Shown piece after piece: positions 37,030 through 49,433 of a stretch of 64,000 nucleotides of DNA (position 1 is the stretch's first letter; every line of letters starts with the position of its first letter). The stretch lies in NCBI GenBank assembly GCA_964016885.1, contig OZ024742.1, forward strand, positions 217,372,001-217,436,000. The letters run 5' to 3'. Made by a program: the position numbers and the translations under genes. Origin of the DNA: Eledone cirrhosa. Lineage: Eukaryota. The notes below the pieces were generated by a model that saw only the letters and a list, made by a program, of their open reading frames with translations, was not told the DNA's origin and ran no database searches.

Positions 37030-38200
37030 CTTCGCCTACTTATTCCTGAGAGGGTTGAGAGCAGGTCCTATCAGAAGCAATCGTTTCCAAATGATTCAGT
37101 TGGATCCCCAAGCGAGACCAGCCAAACTCATGGATGTTATCCAACCATCTTGCTCGAGGTCTATCCCTGGGTCTCCTGCTGGTTGGTTTTGCCCATAAAA
37201 TCTGTCTAGCAGTTCTTTTTTGAGACATTCTAACCACATGCCCGTAGTAGTGACTTATTGATCTCTGATCTATGCACTCTATCAAGTAATGTTATTCCAA
37301 AGACCCTTCAGAGGAACCCCATTTCAGCTGCTTGTATTCGTGATTGTATTCTTTCAGTCATTACACTTACCCATACATAAGAGTTGGCACAAATAACAAA
37401 TTGAAGATAGCAGGTTTGGCTTTGATGCCTGCCTCTTATCTTCTGATTACTGGATGCTGAAGCTGGTGTATTACTGCATCAGCTCCTGTAATTCTTGCAC
37501 TTAATTCAGTCTCCTGCCTTCCATCACTCATGAAAATGGCCCTGAGATACTTGAACTTCTCTACTTGCTTCAATGGAACTCTATTTACATGTAGAGAGCA
37601 CTTCACAGGCTTCCTTCAGTGTCTCAGTTTTCACAGCACTGATTTTCATTCCAGCCATGCAGCACTTGGCATCAAACCTTTTAAGTCTAAGTCGAAGATC
37701 ACCTTCTGTCTAGTTAAGTAACACCATGTTGTCTACCGATTCCAGCCAACTGATTTTTCACTCGCCAGTCATGATGCCACTTCCAACCCAGCTATGCATG
37801 TCAATCCTGTTCATGTAACTAATGAACAAGAAAGGTGACAGTACGCACCCTTGGTGGAGTCCATCTCCCACATTGAATGGTTTTGATTTAGCACCATTTA
37901 ACCAAACACAAATACTCAGGCATCTGTATAGACATCAGGGCAGCAACAAGCTGACCATTGATCCCATACTCCTTCACAACTTTCCACAGTAGGTCCCAAG
38001 GAACATGGTCATATGCCTTTTCAAAGTTGACAAAATAAGAATGTAGCTCTAGGCAATACTCCCACGATTTCTTGAAGACGTACAGCAGTATGAATATTTG
38101 GTCAGTTGTGCTGTGTCCAGGGCGAAAACCGCACTGTTCATTAGCTAGCTTGGACTCAACAATCTCCTTGCATCTCTTTGCCTGACACTTAGCATAGACC
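37030..38200 (-). mobile_element. Degenerate RTE (Rex3/Expander-like) LINE, RT to 3' end
   Basis: EQCGFRPGHSTTDQIF, FVNFEKAYDHVP, GLHQGCVLSPFLF, FKYLR, YYGHVVRM..RPRARWLD. The YADD motif has decayed. Confidence 0.9.
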
Positions 38201-38365
38201 TTTTAACACCTTGGGCTTGATTTAATTGCTTTTGTGACCTCAGCCTCTGAGAGATTAGTCACTGCTTTTGATTAAATAAATAATGTTAATTTTATTTTAT
38301 TTTATACCTCTATACAGAATTAATGATATTTTTGTGTCTTTTTTTTTTCGTATCTGTGGTGCTAG

Positions 38366-38477
38366 AATGCATTTAATATCTTACTAGACAAGTCTAAAGT
38401 ATTAGAAAAGGCTCCAGTCAATTTGAGAGACTCTTCAGCTCCAGTTCCACAATACTTATTTTCTAGGGCAAAAGCAG
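38366..38477 (+). CDS. Coding exon 4 (NAFNILL...APVPQYLFSRAKA-G)
   Basis: T-rich tract, CTAG acceptor, CAG|GTAAGT donor, 112 nt open, phase 0/1. Not in the ORF track; translated by hand. Confidence 0.85.
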
Positions 38478-39276
38478 GTAAGTAAATTTTATAAGATCAG
38501 CTAAAAAAAATGTCAAAGTTATTTGAAATGTGTTTTTTTTTTGGGGGGGGGGGGGGTGATCCCATGAAGTTTTAACAGTTTTTAACATAAATGTAAATAT
38601 TTTTTTCCTACTCCTAACTAATGTTACTTATTGTTCTATTAATTTTAATATTGAAGTAAGTTGTTTGTGATTTCACTACTAGCTAGCTTTTCTAATGGTT
38701 ACTATCCAGGTGTGAAGTAAGCCTGGTACATCACAAGGGAAACAATGTGAGAAATCTGGCAGCATCTCAACCATATAACCACTGTATTTTTATATCAAAT
38801 GTAAATTATATTTTACTCTCTAAGTCTATATTCAAATAGATTCTGAAACCAATTTCTTCTCTATAATAGAGTACACTGTGTAATGTGATTGGGCATCCAG
38901 CTGTAGAAAATTTGCCAAACAAAGGGCCACAAGAACTCTTCAGCTATGTCAAAGACATACCAACCTCCCTAGTGTTGGTGTCGTGATAAAATGTACTTGG
39001 TAGAATGCACAACAGTATGTAAGCAAGATCCAACCCTTCAATCCCCAGCTCCTCCAGTTCGTCTGGGAGGTCAATATCTCTGTTTGAGTATTGACTCGTT
39101 CTGCAAAATTCTCTCCAACCCTTGCTAGCAGGGAAAGTGAACATTATATGATGATGATGATGATGATGATGATGATATGATGAACTCTTCAAATGTTCTA
39201 GTCAAAAATATTTTATTTTTGATATATTTCTCTCTCCAATGTTCACATTCAATGTTTTTTCCATATATTCATATAG

Positions 39277-39408
39277 GTACTACTGCTGAGGATTTAATCA
39301 AGTTTGTTGAATCTTTAACAAATGGGGCCATTAAAGGGAGATTTTTTGATTTCTATCCACCCCGTGATGTTCAAGTTTTGAAATGGCTTGGAGAATGGAT
39401 AAAAAAAG
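39277..39408 (+). CDS. Coding exon 5 (G-TTAEDLIKFVESLTNGAIKGRFFDFYPP...WLGEWIKK)
   Basis: ATAG acceptor, AAG|GTTGGA donor (weak), 132 nt, phase 1/1. Confidence 0.85.
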
Positions 39409-40254
39409 GTTGGAAGAAAATTTCTTTTCCAATAGTTTTTTTTTTTTTTTTTGCTTTAATTGAACTCTTTCCTTGTCAGAATAATTAACTTATATAATAT
39501 CATACAATATAAACATTACATTTTTTATTTTTCATCCATCACTAAGAACTGAAAAAGTATATTACTTAAACTTTGTAAAATATAACTGACATTAGATAGA
39601 CATTAAATAGTGATGCTAGCATAGAGAATGGATGTTAAACGGTGATGATGATGTGTGTGTTTGTAAAAAAGTTCACTTCAGGTGCCACCCCACTATACAG
39701 CATTTTGGTTAATTCTTCAACTATAGTCTCAAGTCAACCAATGCCTTGTGAGTAAATTTGGTAAATAGAAGCTGTAAAAGAAGCCAGTCATGTGAGTGTG
39801 CATAAGTGAGTGCATTTACACATGTTTAGTTTACTGAGAATGCTTAAAAAAACCAGTAATATTTGTTTGTCATCTGTAAATTATACAGTGCAATGTTTTC
39901 ACTAAGATGAGCAGTATATATAATACTTATAAATAAAAGTATGGTTTAACATCAGGAAAGGCATCCAGCCATAGAAAAAACTGCCTCAAAAAACTCTCAT
40001 CCAACACATGCCAACATGGAAAAAAAACATATAAATTATGATGATTGCACCCATTACACCCTATAAAGTAGTTGTGCTGGTGCCACAATAAAATGTACCT
40101 AATAAACTCTGTAACAGGGTTGACATTAGTAAAAACATCCAACCATAGAAAACATACCAAAATATGGAATGTATAAGCATGGCAAGGTTATTTTATCTCA
40201 GATCATGACAACCTGTCTAACCCATGTTAGCATGAGAAGTGGATAGAAAATAAT

Positions 40255-40439
40255 TGTTTCTACGTTAGGCACAAGGCCAGCAAATACCCAGTGCATTACT
40301 GGTACTTTATTTTATCGACCCCGTAAGGATGAAAGGCAAAGTAAACCTCGGCAGGTTTTGAACTCAGACCGTAAAGGGACGTAACCATGCTGGAAAGCAT
40401 GGCGTCCGACTCTCCACCGATACTGCCAATCCACCGCCA
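40255..40439 (-). mobile_element. SINE family 1 with 18-bp TSD, nested in the tail of an older RTE-tailed SINE
   Basis: aagtggatagaaaataat at 40237-40254 and 40440-40457. Confidence 0.88.
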
Positions 40440-40779
40440 AAGTGGATAGAAAATAATGATGATATATGAGGAATTGGATTATTATCAGTATTTGGCTTTA
40501 GATATTTTTCTTTGTCTTCACGTGTTACTCCTATGTTCTGGCATGGATTTGACAAATCTGTAATGCTACATTATCTTCCCACTATCTAATCTGGGAGGTA
40601 ACTGTTCTCCACACCACTTCTATTGTTGATTTATTAGTAGGAAATTACTGTGTCTGTTGTGTGGCCATATTTAGTCCTGCTTTTACATGTATATGGAATA
40701 TAGATAGCCTGTTGTGTATTTGCACCACTAATCCACGGCCTTGGATATTTCATGGGCCTGGCTGATTCAGAAACTCTTT

Positions 40780-40975
40780 GCACTCTCCAATATGTGGTGA
40801 CAAAGTTGATTAAATCAACCCCAGTACTTTATTGGTACTTTATCTTATCAACCATAGAAAGATGAAAGGCAAAGTTGACCTTGGCAAGATTTGAACTCAG
40901 AATGTAAAGAGTCTGAACAAATACCATGATGGCATTTTATCCAACACTTTACCAATTCTGCCAGTCCACCACCCT
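40780..40975 (-). mobile_element. SINE family 1-related copy ending about 55 nt before exon 6
   Basis: gatgaaaggcaaagttgacc..atttgaactcagaa core. Confidence 0.75.
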
Positions 40976-41030
40976 TTCTCAGTTGCATAAATATTAATAA
41001 TACTATTCATTTACATATATCTTATTTCAG

Positions 41031-41135
41031 ATGCTGTACCTATTGCTACTTTAAATATTCAAAAGGCTGTTCAACCTGGTTGGGCAATCCCAGATTCCTG
41101 GCATCATCAAATGATCTATGGTGTTAGCTCAAAGG
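41031..41135 (+). CDS. Coding exon 6 (D-AVPIATLNIQK...PDSWHHQMIYGVSSK); carries the putative catalytic His
   Basis: TTTCAG acceptor, AGG|GTGAGA donor, 105 nt, phase 1/1. Translated by hand. Confidence 0.88.
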
Positions 41136-41259
41136 GTGAGAATATCTGTTAGCCAGTTGCTTATTTGAACTTGTTTATAGACTTTATATTCTGTAGCTTT
41201 AACTTTTACTATTCTATTTGTTTTTGTTTTTTAATAAAATGCCAACACTGTCATTTCAG

Positions 41260-41442
41260 GTGCTTATATGACAAACCCTTTGAAATTAGTGGGTGAAAAA
41301 CCTTTAATGCAACAACTGACAAGTGATAGGGTCCTGTTAATTAAGCGACAGGATATCATCAGCCGTTTTCATGAAGACACTAACCTATCTAGCTTAATGT
41401 GTCATGAAGAACCTCATCGGTGGAGAACCATGAATGTATTAG
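41260..41442 (+). CDS. Coding exon 7 (G-AYMTNPL...RWRTMNVL); carries the putative catalytic Asn
   Basis: TTTCAG acceptor after a 124-nt intron, TAG|GTACTG donor, 183 nt, phase 1/1. Confidence 0.88.
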
Positions 41443-42749
41443 GTACTGTACTATTTCTTCCCTCTTAATATTTATAATAGTTGGTCCATTAGATGTATGA
41501 AATTGTTTTGTTTAAAAAATGGCATTATTCAAGTAATTTAAAAAAGCAGCTAGACCTTTTGGAAACATGAACCAATACACACACACACAAGAGAGAGAAA
41601 TGACTGCACCTCACCTCTAAGGATGTAAGGATGAAATGTGATGAGTGAGGGCAAGTCTCATCCAGCTGACCTGTGATCAGTCACTCCAGCCATAAACCTT
41701 CGAATGTAATTGTAATTTAAAGGATATTGGACTGTTGTTTCTAGCAGATTGAATCCTTTATAAAGACACTTAGTTATATAGGTTTACAATAATAGAAGCA
41801 GAACAAGGATGATGAGAGGAAGTGATACAGTGAAAAATCCCAGATGTGATGAACCTAGATTGAAATGAAGAATGGAGAATGTCACACTCATCTTAGCATG
41901 GAGATGATGGCTGCTTAATCTGAACGTGCCAAAAGTCATTCTCTTCATATTACGGCTAGCTTATACATTACTATAAAACCTGAGTAATGAATAGTCAAGA
42001 GGTTAAGAAGTTCATATAGAAGCCTACTGGATAAGTGTACATGTCTTTATGGTATATTTACACCATTGCCCAGTTTAATACTGTCACCAAGGTTTGGATG
42101 CCTTCAGTGTATGGACAGTATGTAATCACCTAACCAATTTGGCCTCAATACATGACAGCCCATCTAATATACACAAGCATGGAAAATAGACATTAAATAG
42201 TGATGATGTTGATTCTATTATCCAGTAGATTCTAGTATCCAGTAATAAGCAAATAAATAGTGATGATGTTGATTCTAGTATCCAGTAATAAGCAATAAAT
42301 CACTACTTTGATGTACTGCTTCTTACTGCAATAACTTGTGAGTCATGGGGTTTTCCTTTCCTTTCCTTTCCTTTCCTTTCCTTTCAACAATCAGAAAGGC
42401 TTTTTGAACTGCTGCCCTTGCTACTCTGGTTGAATTGTTTTAAAAAATAGCATTATAGCCCTGTAAAAACTGAAGAAGTTGTGTATGAGTGTAGGCATTG
42501 GTGTATGGTTAACAAGTTATATTTGCAACCAAGTAACGCAAGAATTTATCCGATTGCATAGTACCTCGAGCAAGTGTCTTTTACCTTAATCTTGGGTTGA
42601 CCATAATCTTATGAATGGAAACCTGTTATATATGATGCAAACTCCTCAGCCTGTCTGGGAGGTCAGTAGCACAGCTTCAATACTGATTTGGTCTATGTAG
42701 ACCTGTCCAACCCTTACTAGCAGAGAAAACAAACATTAAACAATGATCT

Positions 42750-43145
42750 CCAAGTGAGACCAACTGAGCTCATGGATGTTATCCAACCATCTTGCTTGTT
42801 ATCTGCTTCTAGGTCTTCTGTCAGTATGCTTTTCCTGTAAAATCTGTCTAGTGAATCTTCCCTTAGATATTTTAACTACATATCCATAGTGTCAGAGCTG
42901 TGATCTCTCAATTCAGAAAAGTAGTGCCTCTGCCTGAAGCAACTCACTGATCTTTGAGCTACATACCCTATTGAGTAACATTACTCCAAAGCTCTTCAGA
43001 AGAAGGCTATTTTGGATCACATTCTTTTGGTCATTACCCAAGATTTGTGACCATAAGTAAGGGTAGGCATGAACACTGAATTTAAGATAGAAAGTTTAGC
43101 TTTTACACCTTCTTCCCTTTTTCTGATGACAGTGCAGAATTGTTT
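42750..43145 (-). mobile_element. Degenerate RTE (Rex3-like) fragment abutting the last acceptor
   Basis: Collinear with about 37110-37460. Related pieces lie at about 34020-34190 (+) and 49985-50190 (-). Confidence 0.75.
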
Positions 43146-43174
43146 TATTTTTTTATTTATACTTTCTCTTTCAG

Positions 43175-43728
43175 GTCAAGTAGTCAATATACTTCGTGAA
43201 GCTAGCATGCCTCGTGTCCCTGGCTATCGACCACAACTTACTCAACACATCCATATTCCAGCCGCATATCGTGCCGGTATCACTTTATTTGTGCGTGCAG
43301 ATATGGAAGTATATCAACATTTAAAGCGTGTCCCAAACCTGCCTCTTCAGATTAACCTGTCACGAGAATTGATGCCACTTAGCATTGAAGACAGTAATGG
43401 CATGGATGACTCAAACAGCTGTAATAGCAGCAGTGGCAGCTGCAGTAGCAACAGTAGCTGCAACCAAAGAACAAGTAAAATTGATGGTTTTGATGGTAAT
43501 GATAATTGTGCAGACTACAACAAAGAAAGTTTTGATTCTGCCACCACTTCAACACTAGCTCTTCCTTCCTCTCCTACTATTAGCAATGCTGCTACAGCTG
43601 CTGCTGCTGCTTCTTTTGTGTCCCCACCAATTGCACACCTTCATGACTACACAACAAGTAGACAAAGATATCTTGTACCTGGTTTCTCGCATAGAAATAA
43701 TGTTTATGTCCATTATTTCAAAAGTTAA
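43175..43728 (+). CDS. Terminal coding exon 8 (G-QVVNILRE...HIHIPAAYRAGITLFVR...YFKS*)
   Basis: Strong pyrimidine tract and TCAG acceptor, phase 1, open to TAA at 43726-43728. Conserved-looking start, then a Ser/Ala-rich tail. Confidence 0.88.
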
Positions 43729-44460
43729 GGTCTGCATTACTTCTTGATGGACATCTTGTTTGCATGCATCTTTACATATACTGTATGTATGTTGCTCTGG
43801 TTATGATTGGATGTCTGATGATTGCAGCAATAAATATATTAAATATATTATCTACCTGGCTTTTGAGGTTTGAATAGATTGACTTCACTGTATTCAAACT
43901 AGATAAAAGAAGAAACAAAATGTTCACAGTGGCAATTCATTTTTTTTTTTATATTAATATATATATATGTGTGTTCTAAACTAATTTCTGTATCCTAATT
44001 AGTGTTCCTTTTAACACTGGCTTGTTGAAAGTGGAAAGCAAAGATGAATGGTACGAAATAACTACTAAAATCTATTACAACCCAAGAAGCAACAGCTACA
44101 ACCAATAATGCAAACTAAATTCCTGATGTTTCCTTTGTTTGTTTGTTTGTTTTTAATTTGTAATGAACAAACATTTTAATTAGCCTTTACTCATTACCTT
44201 GTTATTATATTTTTAAAACATTCTTTGGTTGACTGCATCTTTTGATTTTCCCCATTGTATACAGTTTCAACTATGCAATTGTTATCGGTTGTTGTTAACA
44301 ATAGTTATCAATAACTGAAATAATCTATTGTAAATGTGCAATTTTCCGCTGTTCTATAAGAAAATTTCTTATCCTTATTTCAAATTTTTTTTCCAACTCT
44401 TGGTCCTTTTCCATGGCTAATTCCATAATAAATAAATCTTGACTGTGATAGAAAATCTTT
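43729..44460 (+). promoter_or_regulatory. Probable 3' UTR with polyadenylation signals
   Basis: AU-rich segment after the stop with no recognised interspersed repeat. AATAAA at 43829 and overlapping AATAAA pair at 44427 and 44431. True end is unknown. Confidence 0.55.
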
Positions 44461-44886
44461 GCTAATTAGTGCTTATCTCTGTTGGAAATGTGTAAATTAG
44501 AGAAGCGCCATATGATGATATATACACACACACAAAGACACATATATATATACACACACACAATGCTGTATTTGTCCTACAAGTACTACAGTCAGATAAG
44601 AGAAGCAAGATCTCATAATATAGTAACTATGAATAGTAATAATGAGTCAAAATTAAGATATTTACATAGAACAACAGGGAGGATGCATAATTAATAATAT
44701 AACTCGGTTTCTAATCTTTCGAAAATCTGCATTGCAAGTACAGTTTACTTGTATGTTGATGTTATCATGGTCTGAGATTTACAGTTTCTTGGAGTCAGCC
44801 CTTCTTTACTGCAACTACATATAATTAATATTATACATGTGTCTATCAATAGGTATAATATTATACATGTGTGTCTATCAATAGGT

Positions 44887-45164
44887 GTGGAGGCACATGG
44901 CATAGTGGTAAGGTTGTTGGACTTATGATCATAATGTTGTGGGTTCAATTTCTGGGCTGCATTGTGTCCTTGAGCAAAACACTTCATTTCACGTTGCTCC
45001 AGTATACTCAGCTGAAAATGAATAGCAGCAATAGCTGGGGGTTTAACCCTGTGGTGGACTGGCGTCCTGTCCAGAGGGGAGTCTTGTACTCTGAGTCGCT
45101 TCACACAATGAAACCAGGATAAGCACCAGCATAATTAGCCTTCTGGCTTAAGACAAACTTTAGA
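44887..45164 (+). mobile_element. Full-length tRNA-derived SINE family 3 with 12-bp TSD
   Basis: A box tggcatagtgg, B box gggttcaatt, gtgtccttgagcaa core. TSD ctatcaataggt at 44875 and 45165. Confidence 0.88.
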
Positions 45165-45276
45165 CTATCAATAGGTACATAAAACTGATGGTTTACTTGA
45201 TTAGGTGGATTAACTTTCAGTCAATTTTGGTCCTTGAACATTTGATGTTGATATTCAAACAAAACTTAAACATACT

Positions 45277-45525
45277 TAACCCTTTTGGCACAACTAACCT
45301 GAGACTATACCTGGTTCTATGATATAAAACCTCACATTTTAAACTGTCTGTATTTAAATTAAAACTTTCCATAAGAATTTCATGTAATAACCTTTCCACC
45401 ATTTATGTTATAAACATCAGTTTAATAATGAAAATGTTGCTTATTTCATTAAACTCTTCTAAATTCTTGATTATTTTCAAAATTAATTGAAACATATAGA
45501 CTGCATTTCATTAGAAACAGTTAAT
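45277..45525 (+). mobile_element. Second TTAA-flanked MITE family (B)
   Basis: Starts ttaaccctttt. Related copies at about 54470-54712 (-), 12890-13045 (-) and 17350-17575 (+). Confidence 0.65.
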
Positions 45526-46285
45526 AAATATGATTTCATCCAATGCTTACTGGCAGAGAAAGCGGACGTTAAACGATGATGATGAATTCTGTGACTGTTA
45601 ACATATTTTGTCTACTTTCCATCATTGGAACCTGTAATTCTGGCAAGGTGATATGAATTGTGTCTCAATAGATATTTCTTTTTATGAAAAAATCCCATTC
45701 ATTAACATTCATTGATTTACTCTTTAATATTTGATTGATTATAGTTTTGCCAGTCAGTTTACTAGTTTCTGTAGCATGCCTCCGTGGTTAAACCAGTAGC
45801 AACAAAGGGAGTTAATACTGCTGTCTGTTAGTAGAACATTAAGAGCCATGATGAGATCGAGGAATAATGCATTTATTTAAAATTTAATTACAGCCACTAA
45901 CTTTTATTACATAAATGGAATTATTTGTGGGATGGGGTACGGGCAGTAGTAAATATCAAAGCATTTCAAGTGGGCATTCACTGAAAAAGGTTGAGAAATA
46001 GTGGTTTAAACACTGTCTATTGTATCTTAGGAGGTTTTCATCATTGTAGAAAGTTGTTGCAATACCTCACACCTTTGTAAGTTTAACTGGCTGCCTATGA
46101 GGCTACATCTCATTAGAGGAAATTGTCCTATTTCAAATAATTTATCAGTACAGGTTGTTAGCAAAATGTAATTTTCTTTGGATTTTTAACATGTTGGAAT
46201 ATTTTTTTTTAATTTACCATCAGTATTTTCTGTTATTTATTACACTAACCCCACTTAACTATTGACATTGTTTTATGTCTTAGAG

Positions 46286-46449
46286 CAGCCATGGGCAAAC
46301 TGCAGTCCACAAGTCACATGTGGCCCATTTGGCTTTCTGAATGGTATGCCTAATTTCAAAATTGCCATGAATTTATTTGTAGTGCAACCCACCTTATGAT
46401 GAACCATATTTTATGTAGACCACTGCTCAAAAAAGGTTGCCCATGCCTG
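46286..46449. mobile_element. hAT (Charlie-like) MITE, 164 bp
   Basis: TIRs cagccatgggcaaac / ggttgcccatgcctg and a perfect 8-bp TSD tcttagag. Confidence 0.92.
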
Positions 46450-47544
46450 TCTTAGAGTACATAAGTCTGGTTATCCCAGTTTGCTTGACTGACTACAAAC
46501 TAGGCTCTACTCCTCTTGTTTCACAGGTGAGTGGTTAAGAAGTTCAAAATAAGAACATCCGGTGTAAAAACAATTGCTCTGATCATCCCACTCATACTAG
46601 TATTAAGAAATAGATGAAAAAAAATGACTTTTTTTCTTATCATTTCAACTTCTATAAAATCTATATATAATGGCTATAAAGAAATAGAGGTTGAAACCAC
46701 TAAGTGGTGAACTGATGAATTAGAAACATTTATACATACTCCCCACAAACTCTCTCTCTCTGTCTCTCAAATGTAAGATATTTTTTTAGTATTTTCACAA
46801 GTCAGATGACTTATTCAGGAAATCTCAATGAATGCATTTCTCTCTAATTTCAAGGTTTACTTTCAAGATATCCAAAACTCCTTTTAAAAAAAACATTTTA
46901 ATGATCAGTTTTTAGTAAAATTTCTTTCCAATTAGTTTAGTATTAATTTACATACTCTTATTATAAGTGATGTGTATCTTTTGTTTGTTTGTTTGTTTTT
47001 TTTTGTTGTTTGTATTTTATTGAAATTATTCAAAATCTTTTTTCTTAAACTCCAATAATTAACTAATTAACCCTCAGCTCCATTCTCAAAGTATCTTCAT
47101 TTTTTTTTAATACTCAGTCAAAAAACTACTTTAATGAATTTCATTCCCTCAACACTTTGCATCAATGTGTTTGTGAATGATGTTGGTGTGCAGTGATATT
47201 GCCTGCCAAGAAATGATTAAAGATTTTCAGTTCTGTTATCTCTACTCTAACTAGGCAAGTAACTTGACTACCTAAGATGCATTAAACACTGAATGGAAAC
47301 CGAATAGTAATTATTAATCAGATGACCTTTCCTCTCTGTGTCTTATACACACATATACTACATATATATTCATACACACCCACTCTATATACACCTGTAT
47401 ATTGCATTTTTTGTTTTTTTTTAAATACGTGAAAACCCACAATGCAACTTATCTACTGAACCTACAAAACCTCAATCCAAAATATATGGTATATTGTAAA
47501 TGTTATATGTAAAATGTAGAACTGATTTATACACAAGTATACAC

Positions 47545-47575
<31 letters not shown>

Positions 47576-47995
47576 CCTCTCCCTTTCTCCCTCTCACTTT
47601 CACCCCCTCGCCTGACCATTTAGCAGTTCTCTTCTCACAACTGCGGCGATCGGACGTGTGTCTTTTTCCTCTCGACCACTCAGTCTTGAACTTAAGTTCT
47701 CTTATCAAGTGGTCTTGGATTTCCTACCTATAGTTGCTCGCACTTTGCTCGGTTTGTTGTTTTTTTTCGATGCTTTGTTACTGTTTTCTCTTTTCTTCCC
47801 TTTTGCTTTCCTTCTCTCCTTCCTCCGTTTTCCCAATAACTTATCCAGTTATTGGCGCCCTGGGACGAGATATATTGTCTTTAAAGCGTAGAAATATCCA
47901 AGACCCCCACTAGACAACTGATGAGCAAAACTTCCCCCGTTCTTGCTTTCTTCGTATTCCCACTGCATTTTAAGTTAACTTAAATATCAACTACA
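47576..47995 (+). other. CpG-retaining structured segment, possibly an LTR remnant
   Basis: Several CpGs, several inverted repeats, ends in CTACA, lies between (TA)n tracts. No TSD found. Confidence 0.35.
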
Positions 47996-48011
47996 CAGCC
48001 ATTTCTATTCT

Positions 48012-48052
<41 letters not shown>

Positions 48053-49089
48053 CAAATAGAGACAATATAGAGTCTGAGAGGACTCTTCAGTCTAGCCTAG
48101 CCTGTAACCTCTCTAGGGCTGGTGCCATGATAAGATGCATCTAGTCCACTCTTTAAAGTGCTTGTGCTAGTGTCATGAGAAGCATACACTCTGTAAGGTG
48201 ATGTTAGGAAGGGCATCCAGCCATAGAAACCATGCCAAATGTGGAATATAATGAAAAGCATGGGTTCTTCCTCAGACTGTGACAGCCCATACAACCCATG
48301 CCAGTGTGGAAAGCAAACGTAAAATGTTGAATTTTAGTGTCTACATCTTTTCAGTCATTGACTCATTATTTCTGTAATTATCTTCATCTATTTATTTTTA
48401 TATATCATCATCCTTAATACTGAACAAATTAGTTATTATTTATTCATTTTATTTCTTTTGTAAATAGTTATAATTTCATTGTAAAAATTTAAAGCAAATG
48501 TCAAACAAAATCACTCAGCTATGAATCAGCTGTTGACACTAAACTGAATGGTTTCTAGTAATCTTAACACTATGAAGGTTGTTTTCTTCAACTGTATTAA
48601 TCAAATTCACTCGGTGGGCGAAATTGTTAAATGTGTTTGCGTGTGTATATGTTGGGTCATTCATTGACTTATAGGATTATATATAAGAAATAACATCAAA
48701 CATTTACTAATGGGGGGAGTAAAAGAGTCAAATTTATTAAACATCTTGAATTGGCTGGGACTCTGAGTTCCACTTTCCATGGTTATTTCATCAATAAATT
48801 AACCAAAGAAGGCTCAAGACCCAATCTATCCAAGAGGTATATAAGTCACTAAAACAAATATCCCAGTCAATCAAAGATTTGTGTGTGTGTGCTTGGAGTT
48901 GGTGTTTTATGAGAAGAATAAGGAACTTTAAAAAGCAACAGGTAGCAAAAACTGACTGACTTGATTCAGGAATAAGGTTTACATACTTTATTCAAGTGTA
49001 AGGTAGAGTGAATGTCATTTGGGAATTTCACCTGCATTGCCTAATCCATGCTACGTGGAAAAATGGACGTTAAACAGTGATGATGATGG

Positions 49090-49433
49090 ATCTCCATGTG
49101 TCTAACACACGTGGACATGCCAACAAAGTCAGAAAACAGCACAGCTTCCATGACGTTCGGAAAAATTTGTTCACACTTAGAGTTGCTGAAGCATGGAACA
49201 AACTGCCTGCGTCAGTTGTTAGCTGCCAAGATACTGCATCCTTTAAAACCCTCATGCTTCCCGAAATTCGCCAAAACTACACCCAATGTCCCCCTTCCAT
49301 ACACATGCACACCATGACTCATGCACTGTTCATTTTCCTGACGTCTGTACATTACCCTATGTACTATACATACACTTTTGATGAGTTGTAGTGCACCTGA
49401 GCACTGTACACAATATTTTCATTATTATTATTA
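49090..49433 (+). mobile_element. CR1-clade LINE 3' end
   Basis: NTRGHANKV..RKNLFTLRVAEAWNKLPASVV..SFK matches the CR1 ORF2 C-terminal pattern. (ATT)n tail. Confidence 0.85.

Noticed and set aside
43069-43174. ATG-initiated N-terminal part of the 219-aa ORF
   Set aside because: Antisense LINE plus polypyrimidine tract. The real exon begins at 43175.
47918-47950. Hammerhead at ctgatgagcaa...ttgct
   Set aside because: The stem is followed by ttc, not GAAA.
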